Assembly (NCBI GenBank): GCA_046881885.1
Contig: JBKSMP010000026.1
Span: 2,563-34,562 of the forward strand
Direction of reading: 5' to 3'
Length of the DNA: 32,000 bases
DNA from: Opitutales bacterium
GTDB taxonomy: Bacteria > Verrucomicrobiota > Verrucomicrobiia > Opitutales > UBA9783
Shown here: positions 22,898 to 32,000 of the stretch, one piece after another
How positions within the stretch are numbered: the first letter of the stretch is position 1
How the letters are laid out: each line of letters starts with the position of its first letter
Made by a program: the position numbers and the translations under genes
Notes under the pieces: model-generated
Told to the model about the DNA's origin: nothing
Database searches by the model: none
Seen by the model: only the letters and a program-made list of their open reading frames with translations

Positions 22898-23494
22898 TTA
22901 CCTTCTCTCAAACACCGCATGGTGGCCTTGTTGGCCGGTGAGGCGAGAAAAGACGGTATTGACGATATAAGATTCGCAGGTAATTGGGTGCCAATTGGGA
23001 TGGGCATCGATGCGTTGGCAAGTTTCTTCGAAGTAGGGTAAGGAGTCTGTTTCAAAGTGGATTTTGGCTCCTGGAACAACTCGTTGGGCTAACTGCGATA
23101 AAAACTCTACTTGAAATAAGCGGTTTTTATGATGGCGATTTTTGGGCCAAGGATCGGGATAAAGCACAATCACTTCATTCCACAGAAAATCTTCCGGCTG
23201 GCATTCCAAAACTTCTTCTGCACGGGCTTTGAGAAAAGCAATATTGGTCAAATTAGCCCGATTCGCTTTACGATTGGATTTTGCAATACGCTGCGTAATG
23301 AGATCGATACCGACACAAAAACGTTCAGGAAAGTTTTGGGCGTACTGAACCAAGAAATCGCCATGACCACAACCAATTTCAAGGGTTTTGAAGGTTTTAT
23401 CCGTTTGCAAAATATCTCTCAAGGTCTTTCGTAAGGCTTCTTTACGTAAAGCAACGGTTTCCAAATACTGTTTTAAACGCTCTTCGTTATTCAT
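22898..23494 (-). CDS. trmB: tRNA (guanine46-N7)-methyltransferase
   Basis: [10 protein letters not shown] (SAM motif I) and [15 protein letters not shown] are TrmB hallmarks. The start overlaps the mnmG stop by 4 nt. Confidence 0.85.
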   Translation of the reverse strand: MNNEERLKQYLETVALRKEALRKTLRDILQTDKTFKTLEIGCGHGDFLVQYAQNFPERFCVGIDLITQRIAKSNRKANRANLTNIAFLKARAEEVLECQPEDFLWNEVIVLYPDPWPKNRHHKNRLFQVEFLSQLAQRVVPGAKIHFETDSLPYFEETCQRIDAHPNWHPITCESYIVNTVFSRLTGQQGHHAVFERR

Positions 23495-25359
23495 TTGGCA
23501 TCAAAAAACTTTTTTAAAGCAATCATCAAAATTTGGATATCAGACGGATTAACGCCGCTAATACGATTGGCTTGGCCTAAATTTATCGGACGAATTTTTT
23601 CCAACTTTTGTAAACTTTCCGTACGCAAACCATGAACAGCATGATAGTCAAAGTTTTGCGGAATTTGAATCGCATCCAGCCACTTTGTTTTTTCAATCTG
23701 CTTACGGTCACGTTCTAAATACCCGCGATAGGAAAGCCGATAAAGCACTTCCTCACGAATTGCATCACTTTGCTGACAAAAATCGGCTGGAAATTCCGGC
23801 ATAGGATAGCCTTCCTCGCTTTGAGCACGACGCACGCTATCACCAAAACTTTGCCCAGGTTCCGCACGACGCGTTTCTAGCTCTTGAACCCAGTAATCAA
23901 TCGCTTGTGCTTTTTGCTGAATGGCTTCTAAACGCTCTTGGCTCAAACATTTCCATTGACGCGCTTTTTCATAAAGACGCAACTCCGCACTGGAGTGATT
24001 CAGTAACAAACGATGCTCTGCACGCCCCGTAAACATACGATAAGGCTCTTGCGTACCCTTTGTCGTTAGGTCATCGACTAAAACACCGATGTAACTTTCC
24101 TCACGTGATAAGATACAAGCAGGTTCCTCTAAAACCTTCGCAGCCGCATTCATTCCTGCCCATAAACCTTGCCCAGCCGCTTCTTCATAACCCGATGTTC
24201 CGTTAATCTGGCCAGCCATAAATAAACCTTCTAAACGTTTACTTTCAAGCGAAGGATACAAATCGGTCGGATCGGAATAAACATATTCAACTGCATAAGC
24301 GGGTCTTAAAAGAACAGCTTGCTCAAGCCCTGGAATGGTTTTAAGCATTTCCAACTGAACATCTAAAGGCAAACTTGTCGAAAGGCCATTGATGTACCAC
24401 TCATCCGTACAAACACCTTCGGGCTCTAAAAACAAACGATGACGATCGCGTTCTGCAAAACGTACACATTTGTCTTCAATACTCGGGCAATAGCGTGGTC
24501 CTGTTCCCTGAATATTTCCGGAAAACAAGGCTGATCGTTTCAAATTATCTAAAATGATTTTGTGGGTCGCTTCAGTCGTATAGGTCATCCAACAAGAACA
24601 AGTTTTAGAACCAGGTTGCCAAGCTGCAGGACTTTGGATCTGTTCTAACCGTTCTTTTTCTGCAGATCGTGTGTCATAAAACGCAAAAAAACAAGGAGTT
24701 TCATCACTTGGTTGTTCATCACAAACGGAAAAATTGATACTTTTCCCTAAAATACGAGCTGGTGTCCCTGTTTTTAAAATACCTAAAGGAAATTGCAACT
24801 TTTGGAGGCTTTCCACTAAAGGATAACTCGAAAAATCTCCCATACGGCCTCCAGGAAAATTCTGATGACCAATATGCAAGGTACCTTTTAAAAACGTTCC
24901 TGTCGTTAAAATAACCGTCTTGGAAGCGATTTCCAGACCAAGCTTCGTTTTTACTCCACAAACACAATCTTCTTTAACGAGCAAATCTACGACTTCATCC
25001 TGAAACAGACGAATGTTTGGGTGTTGCTCTAAACGTTGCTTCATGCTTATTTGATAACATTTTTTATCGCATTGAGCACGAGGAGCTTGTACGGCTAAAC
25101 CTTTGGAACGATTTAAAATACGAAATTGAATGGCGGTTTCGTCTGCATTGATGCCCATTAAACCCCCTAAAGCATCGATTTCACGAACAATATGTCCTTT
25201 AGCTAAACCTCCAATGGAAGGATTACAACTCATCTGAGCAACGGTATCCAAATTTTGCGTGATAAGTAACACCGACACACCTTTTTGCGCCGCTATCCAA
25301 GCTGCTTCGCAACCTGCATGTCCCCCTCCACAAACAATGACATCAAACAACGTATTCAT
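23491..25359 (-). CDS. mnmG: tRNA uridine 5-carboxymethylaminomethyl modification enzyme MnmG (GidA)
   Basis: FAD fingerprint [16 protein letters not shown], then [34 protein letters not shown] and [19 protein letters not shown]. Confidence 0.95.
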   Translation of the reverse strand: MNTLFDVIVCGGGHAGCEAAWIAAQKGVSVLLITQNLDTVAQMSCNPSIGGLAKGHIVREIDALGGLMGINADETAIQFRILNRSKGLAVQAPRAQCDKKCYQISMKQRLEQHPNIRLFQDEVVDLLVKEDCVCGVKTKLGLEIASKTVILTTGTFLKGTLHIGHQNFPGGRMGDFSSYPLVESLQKLQFPLGILKTGTPARILGKSINFSVCDEQPSDETPCFFAFYDTRSAEKERLEQIQSPAAWQPGSKTCSCWMTYTTEATHKIILDNLKRSALFSGNIQGTGPRYCPSIEDKCVRFAERDRHRLFLEPEGVCTDEWYINGLSTSLPLDVQLEMLKTIPGLEQAVLLRPAYAVEYVYSDPTDLYPSLESKRLEGLFMAGQINGTSGYEEAAGQGLWAGMNAAAKVLEEPACILSREESYIGVLVDDLTTKGTQEPYRMFTGRAEHRLLLNHSSAELRLYEKARQWKCLSQERLEAIQQKAQAIDYWVQELETRRAEPGQSFGDSVRRAQSEEGYPMPEFPADFCQQSDAIREEVLYRLSYRGYLERDRKQIEKTKWLDAIQIPQNFDYHAVHGLRTESLQKLEKIRPINLGQANRISGVNPSDIQILMIALKKFFDAK

Positions 25360-26705
25360 TTACCAATACAAAATTTCGAAAAGATTTGATCCAAAACACG
25401 CTCATAATCAACACGCCCAACAATTTGTTCCAAAGCTTTTAAAGCTTCTTTTAATTCTGCCGCCAAACAATCATCACAACATTTCTTATCCAGCAAAATA
25501 AGGGCTTTGTCCAAATTGTTCTTAGCTAACAAAAAAGCCTCTGCGTGACGCTCTCGAATCATAAAAGCTTCTTCAGAAAAATTATGATATTTATGGTCCA
25601 AAAAATCGAGCAAAGTCTGTTTTAACAAAATTAAAACATTTTCTGCTTTTAAAGAAACTGAACCTGTTTGGTAGTTTTTAAAACATTCTTTATAGGTCTC
25701 ACAAAAACCTAAATCGTTCTTATTGAAGAGTACCAAAGTATTTTCTGGAACAAATTTTTCCTTTAATACCTCTATTTCGTTTGTAGGTGCTTTTGAACTA
25801 TCAATTACCCAAAGAACCACATCTGATTTTTGGATTTGTTCGTAGGATTTTTCAATTCCTAAACTCTCTATCGGATCTTTAGTCTCATGCAAACCAGCTG
25901 TATCGACAAGTTTTAAGGTATAAGGCGCAATTGTACAATATTCAGAGATAAAATCACGCGTCGTTCCAGGAATCTCACTTACGAGCGCTCTTTCCTGACC
26001 TAATAACAAATTAAGCAAGGTACTTTTTCCAGCATTAGGGGCACCCGCGATAACCGTTCGAATACCTTCATGTAAAGGGGCATAATGCTGATGAGCATGA
26101 ATCAATTGCTCTATTTGATGCCGCATCGTATGCAAAGCTTCCCTAAAAGCCTTACGATTTTCTTCGGGTAAATCTTCTTCAGGAAAGTCCAAAAAAGCTT
26201 CTACGTAAGCAATTTGCTCCGTTAATGCTGTAACAAATTGTTCAATTTGTGTACTCAAAGATCCCGATAATTGCTTCTGTGCTAATTGAATGGCTTGCAA
26301 AGAACGTGCATGTATGAGATCTTCAACAGCCTCTGCTTGACACAAATCCAAAGTACCATTGAGAAAGGCTCGACGTGTGAATTCACCAGGTTCAGCTTGC
26401 TGACAACCCCGTTTTAAACAATCTTTTAAAATTTGCTGTATAATTAGCGGATTACCATGACAAGAGATTTCTAACATTTCCTCACCTGTATAAGAGGCAT
26501 TTTTCGCAAAAAACGTAAATAAAACCTCATCAAGAATGTTTTCCTCTTCAACTAAACGGTACTTTCCCAAATAAGCATAACGTGGCTTTATTTCATCCTT
26601 ATGAAAAATTTCTTGTAGCAAATGCAAACAATCAGGGCCACTCAGACGAATAACGCCAATACCTGATACACCCATAGGGGTTGATAATGCTACAATGGTA
26701 TCCAT
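25356..26705 (-). CDS. mnmE: tRNA modification GTPase MnmE (TrmE)
   Basis: N-terminus [23 protein letters not shown]1 [10 protein letters not shown]2 PGTTRD, G3 DTAG, G4 NKND, and the C-terminal FCIGK motif. Confidence 0.95.
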   Translation of the reverse strand: MDTIVALSTPMGVSGIGVIRLSGPDCLHLLQEIFHKDEIKPRYAYLGKYRLVEEENILDEVLFTFFAKNASYTGEEMLEISCHGNPLIIQQILKDCLKRGCQQAEPGEFTRRAFLNGTLDLCQAEAVEDLIHARSLQAIQLAQKQLSGSLSTQIEQFVTALTEQIAYVEAFLDFPEEDLPEENRKAFREALHTMRHQIEQLIHAHQHYAPLHEGIRTVIAGAPNAGKSTLLNLLLGQERALVSEIPGTTRDFISEYCTIAPYTLKLVDTAGLHETKDPIESLGIEKSYEQIQKSDVVLWVIDSSKAPTNEIEVLKEKFVPENTLVLFNKNDLGFCETYKECFKNYQTGSVSLKAENVLILLKQTLLDFLDHKYHNFSEEAFMIRERHAEAFLLAKNNLDKALILLDKKCCDDCLAAELKEALKALEQIVGRVDYERVLDQIFSKFCIGK

Positions 26706-26785
26706 ATATTCCTATGCAGCAATAAAAAAGCTTTCTTCGCAAGTTTATTCGCTCAGCAAATTTTTCTTTATGAGAAAAAACTTCC

Positions 26786-26961
26786 TTTTTACAAATTGTG
26801 AATAATTTGTTCAAAACTTGCTAAAAACCTGTAAAAAGCATACCAAAAACTTAATTTATTCATTTTTAAAAACTTAAAATCGCAGACTTATTAACAAGAG
26901 AAAAATTTTCTACAAGCTAGATGAATTCTGCATAAACAGGATTCATGCCAACTTATTAACA
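26786..26961. other. AT-rich divergent intergenic region with phased A-tracts and DnaA-box-like 9-mers
   Basis: A4-5 tracts start at 26813, 26823, 26833, 26845 and 26868 (10, 10, 12, 23 nt apart). TGTGAATAA (26797-26805) fits TGTGNATAA and lies inside the dyad ACAAATT/AATTTGT. ACTTATTAACA is repeated exactly at 26886-26896 and 26951-26961. Confidence 0.3.
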
Positions 26962-27033
26962 TACTTAAGAATAGAATTAATTTTTTTAAATTTTATATAA
27001 ATCTATTAAAAAGCTTTTACATTTTTGTGAAGT

Positions 27034-27966
27034 ATGTGCATTGTAATAAGTATCGTGACATTGGAAGAGACGAATTCTTTTTTTGAGCGTTTGTTGGGAT
27101 CTATTGGTGAGGATCCTAAGCGGCAAGGTTTGGTAAAGACTCCAGAACGGTTTTTGAAGAGTTTTCAGGAATTAACCCAAGGTTATCAGCAAAACCTGGA
27201 CGAAATTGTTAATGGTGCTCTTTTTGATTGTGAAACAGATGAACCTGTTTACATACAAGACATTCCTTATTTTTCATTGTGCGAACACCATCTATTACCT
27301 TTTTTTGGGAAATGCCAGGTTGCTTATGTACCTTCTGGAAAAGTTCTTGGATTGTCTAAAATTTATCGTATCGTAGATTTATTTGCTAAACGCTTACAAT
27401 TGCAGGAACGTCTTACGCAACAAATTGGAGAAACATTAAAAGAGGTTACAGGAGCTAAAGCGCTTTTTGTGGAAATGACAGGCGAGCATCTTTGTGTTGC
27501 CATGCGTGGGGTTCAACGAAGTCATTCATTCATGCGAACTGTATACCACTATGGTGAAATTCCTGAGAAAACTCTTAAATTAAGTCATAAAGAAGTACTA
27601 GAACCTACAACAGTTCTTCATTTGTGTACACTTGAATTACCTCTAAAGATAGGGTGTTACGAGTCTGAACAACATACGACAACTCCTGTAAAAATAGAGA
27701 TTGATATTCAACTCCCAAAAAAAATTCATTGTGTTCAGGATCAGTTACAATCTGTACTTTGTTATGATCAGCTCATTCGTTTTTTGAAGGAAACATGCTT
27801 TAAAGAACGCTATCAATTAATTGAATATGCGTGTCGTATAGTGTACAATAACTTGCACGATTACTTGGCCAAAACTTATCATGTTTGTCCTGTTCGAGTA
27901 GCTTTTCAGAAACAGCTTCAACATCCACTTTTAACCAATAGTACGTGTACCATAAGCGATTTTTAA
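27034..27966 (+). CDS. folE: fusion protein: GTP cyclohydrolase I (FolE) + C-terminal FolB/FolX-like T-fold domain
   Basis: N-terminal ~185 aa: [49 protein letters not shown] and [11 protein letters not shown] are all zinc-type FolE motifs. C-terminal ~120 aa (about 27601-27963): [34 protein letters not shown] and VRVAFQK match the FolB pattern G.y..E / Y..L / LIE / K. The start could be a few codons downstream of 27034. Confidence 0.75.
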   Translation: MCIVISIVTLEETNSFFERLLGSIGEDPKRQGLVKTPERFLKSFQELTQGYQQNLDEIVNGALFDCETDEPVYIQDIPYFSLCEHHLLPFFGKCQVAYVPSGKVLGLSKIYRIVDLFAKRLQLQERLTQQIGETLKEVTGAKALFVEMTGEHLCVAMRGVQRSHSFMRTVYHYGEIPEKTLKLSHKEVLEPTTVLHLCTLELPLKIGCYESEQHTTTPVKIEIDIQLPKKIHCVQDQLQSVLCYDQLIRFLKETCFKERYQLIEYACRIVYNNLHDYLAKTYHVCPVRVAFQKQLQHPLLTNSTCTISDF

Positions 27967-27974
27967 AAGGATCC

Positions 27975-29198
27975 ATGTTAAAACAAATCATAGAAGGTAT
28001 AGAGTTTATTTACTATAAGTTCGAAGATTGGAAGAAAAGAAGAACGTCTTTGTCTTTATGGAATACTTCTATCCTAATTTTGTTGAGCATTATAGGTATT
28101 GCTTTTATGTACGCGATACAGAAGGATAGTACGGTTCTACATTTTAAATGGAAGCTACAAATTATTTGGCTTTGTCTGGGTCTTATCATCTATTATGTAA
28201 CTTCTAGCATCCATTATAAGGTTTTTTTGCAAAATGCACACTGGATCTATATTTTATCCATATTTTTATTACTTTTGTTATGGACCCCCATGGGAAAAAC
28301 TTTGGGAGGAAGTCGACGTTGGCTCAATTTTGGCTTTATTAATGTTCAACCTTCCGACTTTAACAAATTAGCTACGTTACTAATGGTTGCCAGTATTTTA
28401 ACACGCACACAAATGACAACGATTCGCGATTCTTTTCGTGTTTTGGTTGAAATCTTTATTATAAGTTGCATTTCGTTTGGGCTTATTTTTTTACAGCCGG
28501 ATTTAGGTTCTGCAATGGTTTTACCGGCCATTATCTTTGGACTTTTATTTGTTTCAAAACTTTCTTTAAGATTTTTTGGTATTGTCTTTTTAACGACGCT
28601 TTTTGGGATAGGACTCATTACTTTGGATGTTTATGGTTATTATCAGCGTTTGAAAGGCCGTGAATCAAGAATACATTCATTTTTGCCCTTGAAGGATTAT
28701 CAGCGTAATCGTATTTTAGCGTTTACGGTTCCAACGAGTATTGACCCTAAAGGTGTGCATGTCGGATGGCACTTAAAACAATCACTGATTGCTATTGGGT
28801 CTGGAGGAATTTTAGGTAAAGGGTGGACAAAGAATACGCAGGCTCAATTAGGTTATTTACCTAAAGCGGCTTCTTTGGATGATTTCATTTTTTCGGTCTT
28901 AGCAGAAGAAACAGGTTTATTAGGCACGTATTTTGTGCTTGTATTATATTGCATTTTAATTTTTAATACATTTCGTATCGCCACAATGGCTAGAGATCGT
29001 TTCGGATGTTATTTAAGCGTAGGTGTAGCATTGTTATTGTTTACACATGTTTGGATTAATATGGGAATGACACTCGGAATTATGCCGATTACGGGGTTAC
29101 CACTACCTTTTTTGAGTTATGGAGGATCATTCATGATTGTGTGCTTTTTTAGCCAAGGTTTAGTACAAAGCGTATACCGATTTCGGTTTGCTGAATGA
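27975..29198 (+). CDS. SEDS-family peptidoglycan glycosyltransferase (RodA/FtsW)
   Basis: Ten-TM profile, QPSDFNKLA, FLQPDLGSA, DFIFSVLAEETGLLG and PITGLPLPFLSYGGS. I prefer ATG 27975 (AAGGA 5 nt upstream, after the folE-fusion stop) over the tracked 27945, which would overlap the upstream gene by 22 nt. Confidence 0.8.
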   Translation: MLKQIIEGIEFIYYKFEDWKKRRTSLSLWNTSILILLSIIGIAFMYAIQKDSTVLHFKWKLQIIWLCLGLIIYYVTSSIHYKVFLQNAHWIYILSIFLLLLLWTPMGKTLGGSRRWLNFGFINVQPSDFNKLATLLMVASILTRTQMTTIRDSFRVLVEIFIISCISFGLIFLQPDLGSAMVLPAIIFGLLFVSKLSLRFFGIVFLTTLFGIGLITLDVYGYYQRLKGRESRIHSFLPLKDYQRNRILAFTVPTSIDPKGVHVGWHLKQSLIAIGSGGILGKGWTKNTQAQLGYLPKAASLDDFIFSVLAEETGLLGTYFVLVLYCILIFNTFRIATMARDRFGCYLSVGVALLLFTHVWINMGMTLGIMPITGLPLPFLSYGGSFMIVCFFSQGLVQSVYRFRFAE

Positions 29199-29229
29199 CC
29201 TCTTTTGAAAGCATTGTAGGAGAACAAAC

Positions 29230-30933
29230 ATGGCAGAATTTAAGAAGAAAAAACAAGTAGATGGAATAAAACATATCGCAAAGCCGGTAAAGAAAACAGT
29301 AAAAGTAGATCCAAAAGTTTTAGCGGATGAAGCTAAAGAACGGTCGAAAGATCAAAGTTTCTTTCAACGTTTTTTAAACTTTTTTAAAAAGGATAAACAT
29401 TATTCAGAAATTGTTGTTAATGGTCTATTGCCGCAAAAGCGTGTAGCCGTTTTAGTAGATGGATTACTGGATAACTTAGAAATGGATACAGGTGAAAACC
29501 AACAAATGTTTGGGGCCATTTTTAAGGGAAAAATTCAAAATTTAGAACCGGGTTTAAAAGCTGCGTTTGTAGATATTGGACAAGATAAAAATGCTTTTTT
29601 ACACTATTGGGATGTTCTTCCGCTTGTTAATGGAGAAGGTTTTAGTGAAAGCAATCCAGACGAAGGTGTAGAAGTTGTTCATCGAAATGTATGTAAAGAT
29701 AACCGCAAAAAGGTAGCTTTGCAAGATATTCCAGACATGTTTCCTATTGGTTCAGATATTATGGTGCAAGTAACGAAAAGCCAAATAGGAACCAAAGGAC
29801 CTCGTACAACAACGAATATTGCACTTCCGGGACGTTTTTTGGTGTTAACACCTTATTCCAATCAATGTGGTATTTCGCGTAAAATAGAAGATGTTAAAGA
29901 ACGCGATCGTTTAAAGAAAATTTTGAAAAAACTTGCATTACCATTGGGAATGGGGGTCATTTTTAGAACAGCAAGTAGTGGTAGTACATTAAAGCAATTA
30001 GTTCGCGATTTACAATTTTTACTAGAAACTTGGCAAAATATTCAAGCGCGCGTTGACAGTGCAAAACATCCTTGTTTAGTGTACCACGAACCTAGTTTAA
30101 TTGAACGAACAGTTCGCGACTTTCTTACGGAAGATGTAGATCGTATTTTAGTGGATAATGAGGCTGATTATAATCATATTTTAGATTTGATTAAACGGAT
30201 TGCACCTCATGTTCAAAATAAGGTGATGCATTTTAAGGATTCTATTCCAATCTTTGATCGCTATAACATTGAAGCACAAATTGAACAAATGTTTTCTTGC
30301 CGAGTTCCATTACCTTCTGGTGGAGAAATTGTTATTCAAGAAACAGAGGCGTTGACGTCAATTGATGTTAATACGTCTTCGCATAAGGGGGTTGATGATG
30401 AGGCTTCACATTTTATTTTTCAAGCCAATTTGGAAGCTGCTCGAGAAGTTGCTCGCCAAGTACGTTTACGTAACATTGGTGGCTTAATTATTGTAGATTT
30501 TGTAGACATGAAGTTAGCCAAAAGTCGGCGTTTGTTACATCAATTCATGCAACAGGAATTTGGTCGAGATAAAGCCCGTTCGCATGTATTACCGATTTCT
30601 CAGTTGGGCATTATGCAAATTACGCGGCAAAGGCATAAAGAAAGCGTTCTAAGTCAGTTATATTCACATTGTCCTTATTGTGGTGGAGAAGGTGTTATCA
30701 AATCTCCGTGGAATTTGGCAATGCGTATGCAGCGAGAAATCCTTACAAAAGTTTTTTGTGCAAAAGATCAGGCGCTTACCTTTAAAGTTTTGTTAAATCC
30801 ACATTTAAAAGATTATATTATTACACACTGTCGAAAAGATTTTAATGCTTTAGAAGCAGATTTTAAAGTAAAGTTAGAATTTAAGGAAGACAGTAATTTA
30901 CACATTGAGAACTTTAAAATTGTGCGTGCATGA
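29230..30933 (+). CDS. rng: ribonuclease G/E family endoribonuclease with a Lys-rich N-terminal extension
   Basis: S1 domain GAIFKGKIQNLEPGLKAAFVDIGQDKNAFL, GTKGPRTTTNIALPGRFLVLTP, DNase-I-like EALTSIDVNT, RNIGGLIIVDF and the Zn-link CPYCGGEG. AGGAG lies 8 nt upstream of the ATG. Confidence 0.85.
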   Translation: MAEFKKKKQVDGIKHIAKPVKKTVKVDPKVLADEAKERSKDQSFFQRFLNFFKKDKHYSEIVVNGLLPQKRVAVLVDGLLDNLEMDTGENQQMFGAIFKGKIQNLEPGLKAAFVDIGQDKNAFLHYWDVLPLVNGEGFSESNPDEGVEVVHRNVCKDNRKKVALQDIPDMFPIGSDIMVQVTKSQIGTKGPRTTTNIALPGRFLVLTPYSNQCGISRKIEDVKERDRLKKILKKLALPLGMGVIFRTASSGSTLKQLVRDLQFLLETWQNIQARVDSAKHPCLVYHEPSLIERTVRDFLTEDVDRILVDNEADYNHILDLIKRIAPHVQNKVMHFKDSIPIFDRYNIEAQIEQMFSCRVPLPSGGEIVIQETEALTSIDVNTSSHKGVDDEASHFIFQANLEAAREVARQVRLRNIGGLIIVDFVDMKLAKSRRLLHQFMQQEFGRDKARSHVLPISQLGIMQITRQRHKESVLSQLYSHCPYCGGEGVIKSPWNLAMRMQREILTKVFCAKDQALTFKVLLNPHLKDYIITHCRKDFNALEADFKVKLEFKEDSNLHIENFKIVRA

Positions 30934-31718
30934 TACATCCTACGGCTATTATTGATACAAGTGTTTCGATTCCACAAAATTGCCAAATAGGGCCTTTTTG
31001 TGTTGTCGAAGCAGGTGTACTTTTAGCAGAAGGTATTTGTTTAGATGCGCATGTAGTTCTCAAAAAAGGTACGATTCTTCAAAATAACGTACATGTACAT
31101 ACAGGCGCTATTATAGGGGATGATCCCCAAATTAGTGGGAAATCTTTTGATTTTGAAAGTGGTGTACTTATCGGAGAATCTACTGAAATTCGAGAAGGTG
31201 TTACCATACATCGTGCTTCTGAGGAAGGGAAAAATACACAAATAGGAGCACATTGTCTTCTTATGGCATTTTCGCATGTTGGACATGATACGGTTGTAGG
31301 AAATTATTGTATTATTGTTAATAATGTTCTTTTGGCCGGTTGTGTAACGTTGCAAGATTATGTTTTTATGAGCGGTGGGTCTATGGTTCACCAATTTGTA
31401 CATATTGGCGAAAGTGCTTTTGTATCGGGTAATTCAGAAGTTACGTGCCATATTCCGCCTTTTGTGACGGTTTTAGAAAGAAATCGCGTATCAAACTTAA
31501 ATGTAGTCGGATTAAAACGTAGAGGTTTTACATCTCCAGAAATGACTGATATAAAAACGCTTTATCGGGAAATCTATGATGGTGTAAGTTTATCCTTTAA
31601 GAAAAAAGCTCAAAAAGCCTTAGAGGAAGAGCGTTATCAAACGGACAAAGGAAAACAATTTCTACAATTTTTTTTGGATCCAAAACCAGAACGCGGTTTT
31701 GTATATCCTTCCATTTAA
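30930..31718 (+). CDS. lpxA: acyl-ACP--UDP-N-acetylglucosamine O-acyltransferase
   Basis: MIHPTAIIDTSVSIPQNCQIGPFCVV followed by hexapeptide repeats, AHCLLMAFSHVGHD, MVHQFVHIG and the C-terminal helical domain LNVVGLKRRGF. ATGA overlap with the rng stop. Confidence 0.9.
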   Translation: MIHPTAIIDTSVSIPQNCQIGPFCVVEAGVLLAEGICLDAHVVLKKGTILQNNVHVHTGAIIGDDPQISGKSFDFESGVLIGESTEIREGVTIHRASEEGKNTQIGAHCLLMAFSHVGHDTVVGNYCIIVNNVLLAGCVTLQDYVFMSGGSMVHQFVHIGESAFVSGNSEVTCHIPPFVTVLERNRVSNLNVVGLKRRGFTSPEMTDIKTLYREIYDGVSLSFKKKAQKALEEERYQTDKGKQFLQFFLDPKPERGFVYPSI

Positions 31719-31881
31719 GTAGCTAAAATACATTAATTCTTACACGTATGCATTTTGTTAGGGTAATAAACTCAACGTTTAATCTTTACAAGAATCGCCT
31801 AAAGCTGCTACAAAGTAAAAAGGACGTCTGAAAGCCATTGGCACTGCAAATAAAACAAGAAGACATACACAAGGAGGACAA

Positions 31882-32000
31882 ATGTTAAGTAAAATCACGA
31901 AATTAATTTGCGCTGGAGTAATTATTAAATTAAATGGATTTTTATTGGGTTGTAAAGGTCCTGAGTTTGTGGAAGATGAAGATGGAAATTTATTAGGAAT
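31882..32000 (+). CDS. putative lipoprotein, N-terminal fragment (runs off the window)
   Basis: AAGGAGG lies 5 nt upstream of ATG 31882. MLSKITKLICAGVIIKLNGFLLGCKGPEF carries a lipobox-like LLGC. Not in the ORF track because it is open at the edge. Confidence 0.5.
   Translation, partial: MLSKITKLICAGVIIKLNGFLLGCKGPEFVEDEDGNLLG

Noticed and set aside
26706-27033. Possible THF or other pterin-related riboswitch upstream of the folE fusion
   Set aside because: I see no stable GC-containing helices or pseudoknot-capable segments. The region looks like curved promoter or origin DNA rather than a folded leader.
27945-27974. Tracked upstream start (27945) for the SEDS gene, overlapping the folE fusion by 22 nt
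   Set aside because: ATG 27975 has an AAGGA at good spacing and removes the overlap. The extra 10 residues ([10 protein letters not shown]) add nothing recognisable. Kept as an alternative only.
1-32000. Search by eye for CRISPR repeats, transposase/integrase genes, long terminal inverted repeats, phage modules or known defence-system domains
   Set aside because: None seen. All long ORFs have housekeeping assignments or are small orphans. The only repeat structures are the short intergenic motifs reported above.

Overview
AT-rich bacterial chromosomal window, probably from a diderm organism (lpxA, lgt, a periplasmic tail-specific protease). I cannot assign a taxon from the sequence alone. 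It is dominated by tightly packed housekeeping genes, many joined by 4-8 nt start/stop overlaps. In order: aspS (partial, reverse strand, absent from the ORF track), a membrane protein plus gmk, an orphan 137-aa ORF, a beta-CASP MBL RNase-like gene, and a MATE transporter. Next come nfeD, lgt, a dimeric-dUTPase-like gene and tRNA-Lys(UUU) on the reverse strand, then mgtE and a YhaM-like OB/HD nuclease. These are followed by a three-gene two-component phosphorelay, a K+-type membrane pyrophosphatase and tRNA-Ser(GGA). A reverse-strand block carries a TrmH-family methyltransferase, Tsp and a rhomboid, then truA, trmB, mnmG and mnmE. The last block is a FolE-FolB fusion, a SEDS protein, RNase G/E, lpxA and the start of a lipoprotein. 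I found no CRISPR array, transposase, integrase, phage gene or recognisable defence cassette, and no clear new multi-gene system. The unexplained signal lies in three long non-coding gaps. (1) 3387-3937 holds a full-consensus sigma-54 promoter, three GGAAAA..TTTTC palindromes, and a ~165-nt element closed by a 16-bp stem. (2) 11982-12364 holds two perfect hairpins and a 44-codon hydrophobic ORF whose ATG is buried in a stem. (3) 26706-27033 holds phased A-tracts, DnaA-box-like 9-mers and divergent gene orientation. Other points worth a look are the FolE-FolB fusion, a phosphorelay with no output domain, and a tRNA abutting an mRNA start codon. All functional calls come from motif recognition by eye, and none was checked against a database.
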